This document shows, piece after piece, positions 1 to 6,764 of a stretch of 9,670 bases of DNA. Each line of letters starts with the position of its first letter. Within the stretch, counting starts at the first letter, position 1. The DNA is from a virus (lineage: Duplodnaviria; Heunggongvirae; Uroviricota; Caudoviricetes). Made by a program: the position numbers and the translations under genes. Under the pieces are notes generated by a model. The model saw only the letters and a list, made by a program, of their open reading frames with translations, did no database searches and was not told where the DNA came from. The stretch spans positions 1-9,670 of IMG/VR virus record IMGVR_UViG_2778261058_000021; one strand, given 5' to 3'.

Positions 1-996
1 CTAACGAACCAGCCAGACCAGCATCAGGATAATCGCGACTAACAGTATCCACAGCACGGGACGCGTTGCCATATTTTGCAACGTGTCCATCATTGGTGGA
101 AAAGGATTAAGCAGCGGTTGCATATCACGCGGATCAATCCCTTTAACCCGCCGTTGATAAAGCTGATTAAGAATATCCTCGGCCTGGGCAGAAGAAAGCG
201 ATGATTGCGCAGAAAGGCCATATTTTTGCTGGATATATGCCGATAACGCCGCCAGTTCACTGGCATCTAAAGGTTGTTTTAGCGCCATCTGTAGTGATTC
301 CAGCGTCGGCGTATTTTGCTGGCTTAGCGTCTGACGCGCCTGCAGCCAGGTCACCAGATGGTTAAACAGTTTCGCTGGAATTAACTCGCCATCTTTCACC
401 CCGGAAAGTTCCAGCATCGATTGCCAGATCTGTTTGCTGGGTTCCCCCGTTGCCGCCGCAAGTTTGGTCACCAGCTGTTTAAGCGCATTGTGCTCCGCCG
501 GTAATAAAGGACGGTCGGTCGCCTCGCGCTGCTGCGGTTGCGGAATAACCATCTTCCCTTCCTGCAACAGGGTGAGAATGGTTTTTAATTGCTCCGGTGA
601 GAGCTGATTCAGCGGCGTCTGACCAAAGTTATGACGGATATAATCCGTGACCGCCTGACGATTATTCCCCAGACGTAAATACTCCCCTAATTGCGCTAAA
701 AGCTGGCGGGCAGAATGGCTTTTTTGCGCGGCCAGCAGACGTTGCGCCAGGTTGTGTTCAGCGGCAGGGAAGTGACGCGAAAGCAGCGGTGAATCTCCCG
801 ACAGACCAATATCGTGCCTGATACCCGCCCACAGTTCTGCTCTTTGCTGTTGCGTCAGTGAGGTCACTTTCGTCATTAAGCTTTCCAGCGAAGTACGTTG
901 CTGACTGGATAAAGGCTGATTGCCCGCGCCAGACGGCAGGTTATCTCCCTGACCTGGTGGCTGCCCAGGAGGAGGGCCGGAAATAGGTTGTATCAT
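1..996 (-). CDS. flk: flagella biosynthesis regulator Flk (complete, 331 aa)
   Basis: Complete ORF, ATG at 996-994 and TAG at 3-1. Pro/Gly/Gln-rich N-terminus (MIQPISGPPPGQPPGQ) and C-terminal hydrophobic anchor (VLWILLVAIILMLVWLV) match my recollection of E. coli Flk. Not verified by search. Confidence 0.85.
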   Translation of the reverse strand: MIQPISGPPPGQPPGQGDNLPSGAGNQPLSSQQRTSLESLMTKVTSLTQQQRAELWAGIRHDIGLSGDSPLLSRHFPAAEHNLAQRLLAAQKSHSARQLLAQLGEYLRLGNNRQAVTDYIRHNFGQTPLNQLSPEQLKTILTLLQEGKMVIPQPQQREATDRPLLPAEHNALKQLVTKLAAATGEPSKQIWQSMLELSGVKDGELIPAKLFNHLVTWLQARQTLSQQNTPTLESLQMALKQPLDASELAALSAYIQQKYGLSAQSSLSSAQAEDILNQLYQRRVKGIDPRDMQPLLNPFPPMMDTLQNMATRPVLWILLVAIILMLVWLVR

Positions 997-1135
997 TACG
1001 TATCCTTATACCTGAAATCTTCGCAAGTATGCCTGGCCGCGAGATTATGGCACACTTGTCCGGTTAACTCTCGTCTCATACAGGTAACACAAACGTGAAA
1101 ATCCTTGTTGATGAAAAAGATGATTGGTTAATTTA

Positions 1136-1159
1136 TTGATATAAAAGGATTTATATCAA
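1136..1159. promoter_or_regulatory. perfect inverted repeat TTGATATAAA-N4-TTTATATCAA in the divergent flk / orphan-gene intergenic region; candidate operator for a dimeric regulator
   Basis: Read directly from sequence: ttgatataaa agga tttatatcaa. Function is inferred only. Confidence 0.3.
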
Positions 1160-1315
1160 CGTATGTCCACGCAGTGACCACATTTTCGAGATATAGTTAA
1201 AGCCCGTAAAATATGCGGGCTTTATAATTCTTGCTTTGCCCTCTTTTCAAACCATAAAATTTGTGTGCCTTTTTGGGGTGGTTAGTTTTATCTTTGATAT
1301 TATGGAGAATTATTC

Positions 1316-2056
1316 ATGCTTCATTGGGTTTGTATAAAATGTCAGTCTAAAAATTCTACGAAGGAATCAGTGTGTCCTGCGTGTGGAACTTCTTTTTGGT
1401 CGACGCAGAAAAAAGAAAGGAGAGGGTGTTTATTGTTAGTTGTAATGTTCTTCGTTGTGTTTTGGGTTATTGGGCAATTATCCGGAAACGAATCCGATTC
1501 ACAGGTAAATAATATTCCATCGAAAGATCATATTAGCGATGAACTTGCTTTATCTGGAGTAGACAAGGCGAAACCGTATTCTTTTGTGCGTTATGATGAC
1601 ATAAGTTATGCGGGACGAAAGAGATTTAAGGTTTTTATAGTGTCGCCTGAGTCTCAAGATTTAGAATCAAGAGCTTCGACAGCAATGGCCGCGGCTATTG
1701 AGTGGCAGAAAGAGAAGAGAGCTGACTTTGTATCTGTGTTGCTTCTACCTACGGAAAATTCTGAAGGTAGTTATCGGTTGGCAATGGTTGATTATTCTCC
1801 GGATGGTTGCGGAACTGGTGCTGTATGTGATAATAAAAAATGGACTATATTGTCTAGTGACGTAATATTAACGAAATCGCAACTTCAATCTATATCCTTG
1901 TGGAATGAGTATAAGAAAAAGTTTGCGGGTAATGATGGGATTTTGGATTTAAAGGAAGAAAAGAAATTGAAGCAGTTTATTAGTAAACAGCTAAATATTC
2001 CTGTTAAGGATGTATTTACTCCAGATATTTTTCCTTTAAAGAAAATCGAAGATTAA
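1316..2056 (+). CDS. hypothetical membrane-anchored protein: N-terminal CxxC-N11-CxxC zinc ribbon, basic stretch, one TM helix, ~190 aa extracytoplasmic domain; AT-rich, probably horizontally acquired
   Basis: 246-aa ORF with GGAG about 10 nt upstream of the ATG. CIKCQ...CPACG motif, then QKKERRG, then hydrophobic CLLLVVMFFVVFWVIGQL. Codon usage is A/T-rich unlike flanking genes. A hairpin/terminator follows. I recognise no family. Confidence 0.7.
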   Translation: MLHWVCIKCQSKNSTKESVCPACGTSFWSTQKKERRGCLLLVVMFFVVFWVIGQLSGNESDSQVNNIPSKDHISDELALSGVDKAKPYSFVRYDDISYAGRKRFKVFIVSPESQDLESRASTAMAAAIEWQKEKRADFVSVLLLPTENSEGSYRLAMVDYSPDGCGTGAVCDNKKWTILSSDVILTKSQLQSISLWNEYKKKFAGNDGILDLKEEKKLKQFISKQLNIPVKDVFTPDIFPLKKIED

Positions 2057-2133
2057 CAAAATAAATAGACGAGACTGAATTAGTATTATTGTAATCTTTA
2101 ACTGGTACCCTCACTTGTGAGGGCACCAAAAAG

Positions 2134-2170
2134 AAAACCCGCAGTTTTTACGCTGCGGGTTTCTGCTTTG
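2134..2170. terminator. bidirectional rho-independent terminator between the convergent orphan gene and hok
   Basis: Stem cccgcag (2138-2144) / ctgcggg (2153-2159) with an 8-nt loop; A-run upstream and T-rich run downstream give a U-tract on both strands. A second hairpin, ccctcac-tt-gtgaggg, lies at 2108-2123. Confidence 0.6.
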
Positions 2171-2248
2171 GGATGTGTATAGGGTGCCTTATCAGTCTTG
2201 CCCTGACAACCGATTGACGGGGGAATCTCTTCCCCCGTCGCGGTTTCC

Positions 2249-2389
2249 TTACTGTTTACACTGTAAGAACGCCGCAAACTCCGCTCCCCAGAAGCTCATC
2301 CGTATCTCACACAGCGAACCGTGCAGCATCCAGATGATAAGGATCGCCGTCACGCAGAACGTGATGGCTGTAAGCGATTTTTGCGACAT
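2249..2389 (-). CDS. hok: Hok/Gef-family type I toxin (46 aa); not in the supplied ORF track
   Basis: Minus-strand translation MSQKSLTAITFCVTAILIIWMLHGSLCEIRMSFWGAEFAAFLQCKQ: N-terminal TM helix, then SLCEIR and AAFL.CK motifs typical of Hok proteins as I recall them (closest to HokA). AAGGAG lies 7 nt upstream of the ATG. TAA stop at 2251-2249. Confidence 0.8.
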   Translation of the reverse strand: MSQKSLTAITFCVTAILIIWMLHGSLCEIRMSFWGAEFAAFLQCKQ

Positions 2390-2611
2390 AGCGCTTGCTC
2401 CTTTTTTGGGGAGGCGCTAACCTATCACTTGTCTAGGGTAGATGGTTAGGGCCTCGGTTAAACAAAAATGTTTTCCGGGGCCTTTCCACATCCGGCCTTC
2501 AGGTATTCCCTCCAGCCATCAGCCGAAAGGCACCCGCGCGAATTCTAGCCTGGTTTTTTCCCTTGTTTCAATCCGTTGAGACTTATCAGCCTTCTGATGT
2601 AGAATTCCCGA

Positions 2612-2676
2612 CCGCAGACATTATTCAGTCACGCATTTGATACATGCTTCCGCCGGCGTTCGCGCCGGTTTTTTTG
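2612..2676 (+). ncRNA. candidate Sok-like antisense RNA (about 65 nt) opposite the hok leader
   Basis: Plus-strand -35 TTGAGA (2576-2581), 18-bp spacer, -10 TAGAAT (2600-2605), then a strong intrinsic terminator at 2651-2675. The size matches the known Sok RNA. Position relative to the true hok mRNA 5' end is not established. Confidence 0.25.
2651..2675 (+). terminator. rho-independent terminator on the plus strand
   Basis: Stem ccggcg (2653-2658) / cgccgg (2663-2668), loop ttcg, followed by seven T (2669-2675). No plus-strand protein gene ends here, so it probably terminates a small RNA. Confidence 0.55.
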
Positions 2677-2692
2677 TCCTGTTGCTGCGTAG

Positions 2693-2949
2693 ATCGTTAT
2701 GTGCGATCGATGCGCTGTATTGATCCTTTTTTCAGTTTAATTTTGACTCTTAATTTTACGCAGGCCGCGCCGCGTCTGGCTTCGTTGTTTGACGATTTTT
2801 TGATGCGATCCTCTCGTGATCGCTTTTTGTCTCACGTAAAGTATAAAAACCCTTTTAATATCATGCAGTTTTATTGCTTCTGCCATTTGTGCGATCGTAA
2901 AAACCTCTCTGAAAACTGCAAAAAATTTCAAAACGTGAAATTTCTGATC
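2693..2949. repeat. GATC (Dam methylation site) cluster in AT-rich non-coding DNA
   Basis: Seven GATC at 2693, 2705, 2722, 2807, 2818, 2893 and 2946 within about 257 bp (roughly one expected by chance); several sit in a recurring GCGATCG context. AT-rich runs are interspersed. Confidence 0.5.
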
Positions 2950-3055
2950 TTCGCTTTTCCCTCAGTTGCTGCGCGGGCTGGCGGTCATTTTTGCACGGCA
3001 GAAAACTGAAAAAGTGTTTCGACACAAAACCCGCGGGTTGGAGGGGGTAGCGCGG

Positions 3056-3099
3056 TTTACGTCACCTCACGCTTTACGTCACACCGTTTACGTGGTGTG
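3056..3099. repeat. three direct TTTACGT repeats with an embedded inverted repeat cacacc-N8-ggtgtg
   Basis: gTTTACGTcac (3056-3066), cTTTACGTcac (3072-3082), gTTTACGTggt (3086-3096); inverted repeat at 3080-3099. Lies just beyond the 3' end of the tail operon. Confidence 0.4.
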
Positions 3100-3151
3100 C
3101 GCATACAGCGCCGGAATGGCACGCAGAACGCATTAATCAGGTGGCAGATAT

Positions 3152-3179
3152 GGAAAACGCACGGCCTGAACCGTGCGTT
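3152..3179 (-). terminator. candidate intrinsic terminator of the minus-strand tail operon
   Basis: Perfect 9-bp stem aacgcacgg (3156-3164) / ccgtgcgtt (3171-3179), loop cctgaa. On the minus strand it is followed by only a short U-tract (about 4 U). About 40-60 nt downstream of the stop at 3218. Confidence 0.35.
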
Positions 3180-3217
3180 GCGTGATGGGGCGTTTATGTG
3201 GATTTTATGCCCGGTGA

Positions 3218-4915
3218 TTAGGCGATAAGGTCGCCGTATTTTTCGCGAAGGCTTGTAGCCTGTTGGGCGTCTGCGGCAAGTTCGCTGCTGTTTGTTGGTG
3301 CGCCAGTGTTGCTGTGGGTGTGGTTTGCAGTGTGTGTGGCCAGCAACTGAACCAGATCCAGAATATCAATCAACAACGTCAGCAGATTAAGTCCGGATTT
3401 TTCCCGTGAGCCACCGCGCCCAATAAATACAGTCGGGGCAGTAAATTCCAGGCCGCCGTCCGCCCGGCATGTTCTGCGGCCTCCCACGTTTTCGGTGAGG
3501 TTATGCTCGATGGTGGATGTCGCCCCTTTGAGTTTAGTCAGCAAATCCTGCGCTACCATCTGGATATGCTCACCGGCTGCGATCGCATAATGGCCAGTAG
3601 TAATGTGTTCTGTCTGACCTGTCATCAGCTTGCTGGTTCCCAGAACGCTGGTTATGTCGTTTGCCTGTACTGTTGTTGTTCTGGTTGTTGTTGTGCGTTC
3701 TTCCTGATCGCTGTTAATGGTTCGCCTGGCTGAATGCTCCCTGATTTGCTGGTCGGTTTCTCTGTGCCAGCTTCCGTCAGTCGTGACACGCTGAAACACT
3801 TCTGCGCGCTGTTGTTGCAATTGTTCGCCGGGCTTTACATTAGGCAGGTTATGACCAGCGGGTAAGATTTGCCTGATGACAGGTTTATCCGGTCGTCCTT
3901 CAATGTTGGATATTTCCACGATGGTGCCAGCCGGCGGGTAGGCAAAACATCCCGCCTCACTGCCAGCCATGGGGACGGGGAGCGGTACTGCCGGGTAAAC
4001 GGGCGTATCGCTTTTATCGTTGCCGTTCTCATCAAGCAACTGCACATCGACGGCGTAGCGTGGGCGGAAACTGTCGGCCACATCGCCCAGGGTGGCGGGC
4101 TCCGTTGGTGCAATGACGCGCGCCAGCCGGGTATGTAGCGTACCGCTGGCCAGTTCCGGAAACTGTGTTTCCATTTGTCTGCGTAATGGTGATTTGGAAA
4201 CAGGGCTGCCCGTGGCGGTAAGGCGCTCCCATGTCAGGGTCATTTTCTCGTTGTTGAGGGCTACACGGGTAATGCGCCCGGCCGGAAGGTTCACGCCCGG
4301 TCGCACAGTTTCCATAAACATGATGTCGATGCTGTTTCCGCCGCTTTGCCCGAGTGTGTACTGTTGCGGAATATCCGGCATTGTAATACTGGCAAATCGT
4401 GAATCAGCTGCGCTTCCCACAAATACAGAACCGTCCGGCATAGGGTGCCAGACGTAATCGCTGATACTGAATGCTCGCCCCAGTTGGCTGAGCAGTTGTG
4501 CTCCGCTGCCGCTGTGGGTGATGTAGGGAGTTGGTATGCTGACGTAATCCGCATCTGGCGTGATGAAAACGATGCCGCTTTGTTTACCCAGATTATCGAG
4601 TACCCCCCGTAACGTCGGGTGTTGCATGGAGCAAGGGAAATCAAAATCCAGCACAGCAGCTGCTTCACGGATAAAAAGGCGACGTGAGCCATTTTCAGCA
4701 GGTTGATCGCGCTCAATGTAGCCGGAGAAATAGCGCCATGCTTCACCGTCACGGCCGAGATCAATTTGTACCATTGCGCCGGCAAGGGGGTGTTCGGGTG
4801 ACAGATTGTTAACAGAAATGAAGCCGCGACCGGCGGCATTCAGGGTAAGAACAAGGTTTATATCGGCAATTTCCACCCGTTCGCCATTAATCATGCAGCG
4901 TTGTATCAATTTCAT
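3218..4915 (-). CDS. uncharacterised phage protein (565 aa); C-terminus has a metal-site-like HTANHTH motif resembling fibre/spike tips
   Basis: Long ORF whose ATG overlaps the upstream stop as ATGA (4912-4915); GAGGAAGG-like SD upstream. C-terminal ...LLTLLIDILDLVQLLATHTANHTHSNTGAPT resembles HxH tip motifs I recall in P2 gpV (LHTHKHPGDSGG) and in lambda Stf / T4 gp37 (GAHAHS). No match to P2 sheath or tube proteins. Confidence 0.6.
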   Translation of the reverse strand: MKLIQRCMINGERVEIADINLVLTLNAAGRGFISVNNLSPEHPLAGAMVQIDLGRDGEAWRYFSGYIERDQPAENGSRRLFIREAAAVLDFDFPCSMQHPTLRGVLDNLGKQSGIVFITPDADYVSIPTPYITHSGSGAQLLSQLGRAFSISDYVWHPMPDGSVFVGSAADSRFASITMPDIPQQYTLGQSGGNSIDIMFMETVRPGVNLPAGRITRVALNNEKMTLTWERLTATGSPVSKSPLRRQMETQFPELASGTLHTRLARVIAPTEPATLGDVADSFRPRYAVDVQLLDENGNDKSDTPVYPAVPLPVPMAGSEAGCFAYPPAGTIVEISNIEGRPDKPVIRQILPAGHNLPNVKPGEQLQQQRAEVFQRVTTDGSWHRETDQQIREHSARRTINSDQEERTTTTRTTTVQANDITSVLGTSKLMTGQTEHITTGHYAIAAGEHIQMVAQDLLTKLKGATSTIEHNLTENVGGRRTCRADGGLEFTAPTVFIGRGGSREKSGLNLLTLLIDILDLVQLLATHTANHTHSNTGAPTNSSELAADAQQATSLREKYGDLIA

Positions 4916-5487
4916 GTTTTCCCTTCCTCTTTCACGCTCCCGATGCCAACAGCATCCAGACCAGAGCCAACGGCATCATTGATTTTTTTCCAGAACGAAC
5001 TTTGTGTATTCATGCCTTTGTCTGGTGCCTGTTCGCTACCGTTCTGGGTCTGCTGTCTGGCGATGGTTTTCTGCGAACCGCTGCGTGCGGATGCTTTCTC
5101 TGGCACGCTTAATTTTTCCCTGAGAGTAAAGGTGACCTGCCAGTGCATTTTTCCCTGTTGTTCCGTGGCATCAATGCCACCAGAAAATACCCCCTGTCGC
5201 ATATTGATTGCCTTCGCGGTAGCGTTAGCAATGCGATATGTTTTTTTGGCACCGTTGCTTTCTGTTGCCTCCGCAAGCTGAAAAATACGGGTCAGAATAG
5301 CTTCATCGTTAAAATCAATAACCCCCGACACGCGCAGCTCTTTAGCCTTGTTTCCCTGCTGGGCGCTCGTGGTGCTGGTTGACTGTCCGGACATATCTTT
5401 GTCCGGTAGTTGCATGGTGGCGCTGACGGTGATGTTGCGCAGCAGAATGGCTTCCCCGTCAAGCGCAAGGACAATCATCTGGGTCAT
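4912..5487 (-). CDS. uncharacterised phage-associated protein (191 aa)
   Basis: ORF in the same operon; overlaps the upstream gene by 29 nt and the downstream gene by 4 nt (ATGA). Ser/Thr/Gln-rich with no recognisable catalytic motif. An internal later start is possible. Confidence 0.55.
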   Translation of the reverse strand: MTQMIVLALDGEAILLRNITVSATMQLPDKDMSGQSTSTTSAQQGNKAKELRVSGVIDFNDEAILTRIFQLAEATESNGAKKTYRIANATAKAINMRQGVFSGGIDATEQQGKMHWQVTFTLREKLSVPEKASARSGSQKTIARQQTQNGSEQAPDKGMNTQSSFWKKINDAVGSGLDAVGIGSVKEEGKT

Positions 5488-6172
5488 GTAGTGCTTCCCT
5501 TAGTGATGAGAGATTATCGCCGACGAACAGCATCACAGCTGTAAAAACCCACTCGGGGTGTGGGATGTTTTTTTGTATCAGCACTGCAGCCTGGCTAAGG
5601 ACTCCCTTGTAGCAAAAGCGCCACACCGGGCAAAATTTTTGCCGGAGTGCGGCCTGCTGATCAGCGATTTCCTGTAAGGCTTTATCTCTCGCATTCATGA
5701 ACTGATGCAGTGATGATGACAATGTTTCCGGTGATGTGGCGGCAGGATTGGCTGCCTGTGCAATGGTTGCCGCCAGCGACATGCTGCGAGTGGTCTGTGT
5801 CGACAGCATTATCGGTTCCGGAAGTGATGTTGCCGGTCTGGCGGGGATTTGCATTCTGCTGATGGACAGTGAAAGCTGGCTGGAGATCATGCGGGACATT
5901 CGTCCCACCTCCGGCAACGGAAATGCGCCTGAAAATTGCCTGGCGAGTGATAAAAACTCGCCAGCAGAAGGAGCGCAAAATAACAGCGCCACAATGTCCT
6001 TTTCCGTGTTTTCTTTCAAATAGGGTAAAAGTGCAGATACAGCATTTTCGGGGCTGAGATAACGCCCCGATGGTTTGATGTTTCCGGTATTTTCTGACCA
6101 TGGATGAAGGCAAACCACAGAGCATTTAATGTTCATGGCCGACGGGCGCAGAATTGCCTTTTCCCATTTCAT
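5459..6172 (-). CDS. uncharacterised phage-associated protein (237 aa; alternative start at 6136 gives 225 aa)
   Basis: ATG at 6172 overlaps the stop of the upstream gene (ATGA at 6169-6172), implying translational coupling. No family recognised. Confidence 0.55.
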   Translation of the reverse strand: MKWEKAILRPSAMNIKCSVVCLHPWSENTGNIKPSGRYLSPENAVSALLPYLKENTEKDIVALLFCAPSAGEFLSLARQFSGAFPLPEVGRMSRMISSQLSLSISRMQIPARPATSLPEPIMLSTQTTRSMSLAATIAQAANPAATSPETLSSSLHQFMNARDKALQEIADQQAALRQKFCPVWRFCYKGVLSQAAVLIQKNIPHPEWVFTAVMLFVGDNLSSLREALHDPDDCPCA

Positions 6173-6750
6173 TCTGACTCTCCAGCCTGAAAAGCGCGGA
6201 TGTCGGCAAGATTATTCAGGCTATCCAGCACGTCCTTCATCTGTCGCTGACGCTGATAAATCTCGTCATTGCGATCGACCTGCGCCTGCGCCAGTGCTGT
6301 TGCCAGTTCTTCCAGTTCCGGCATCGACAGTTTCACCTGTTGATTATCGGCGTCACCCCATGCCATAACGTCCCGAGCTGTGTCGGATTTTGATGCCATC
6401 ACCACCGGATAAAGGCGAGCCAGTGAGTCGGGGCCAGCGTTCCAGATGTGGCCGTTCCATTCGAACGTGAACGGCTTCGCTTCCTGTTCTGTGCGCCACA
6501 CCTCGATTTCCCGCTTTTTGGCATCTTTTGCCGCTGCGATAAGTTCCGGCGTGACGGTGAACGGGGCGATTTCGCCCCATTTGCCGCTCTGTAACTCTTC
6601 CCAGATGCGCTGGCCTGTCGGTGCGGTATCGTCCTGCATGGCGGTATACGGGACGAATTCCGTTTCACCTTCAAATAACACCTCGCAGTCAACCGCATCA
6701 TTTTCGAGATAATGGGCGTTTCTGATGCCCTTTACCGCTCTGATTTTCAT
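6169..6750 (-). CDS. uncharacterised phage tail-associated protein (193 aa); possibly a chaperone/assembly factor for the adjacent fibre-like protein
   Basis: AAGGAG 8 nt upstream of the ATG at 6750; follows the 648-aa fibre-like gene after a 14-nt gap. Lacks the C-terminal motif of P2 gpG-type Tfa (W/Y..VL..RVD...WP), so a chaperone role is inferred from position only. Confidence 0.6.
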   Translation of the reverse strand: MKIRAVKGIRNAHYLENDAVDCEVLFEGETEFVPYTAMQDDTAPTGQRIWEELQSGKWGEIAPFTVTPELIAAAKDAKKREIEVWRTEQEAKPFTFEWNGHIWNAGPDSLARLYPVVMASKSDTARDVMAWGDADNQQVKLSMPELEELATALAQAQVDRNDEIYQRQRQMKDVLDSLNNLADIRAFQAGESE

Positions 6751-6764
6751 GTTCTATCTCCTTG

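Noticed and set aside
2175-2420. 81-aa plus-strand ORF from the ORF track
   Set aside because: It lies antisense to the hok toxin gene and its leader, has no convincing RBS and its translation is not protein-like. The hok reading on the opposite strand explains the region better.
2644-3009. 121-aa plus-strand ORF and nested 64-aa minus-strand ORF (2737-2931)
   Set aside because: Both fall in AT-rich, GATC-dense DNA. The plus-strand translation is Cys/Phe-rich and low-complexity, and the ORF starts inside a terminator hairpin. Neither has a credible SD, so the region is treated as regulatory or non-coding.
3150-3185. 11-codon plus-strand mini-ORF (ATG GAA AAC GCA CGG ... TGA)
   Set aside because: It coincides exactly with the terminator hairpin of the tail operon and has no SD, so it is a structural element rather than a peptide gene.
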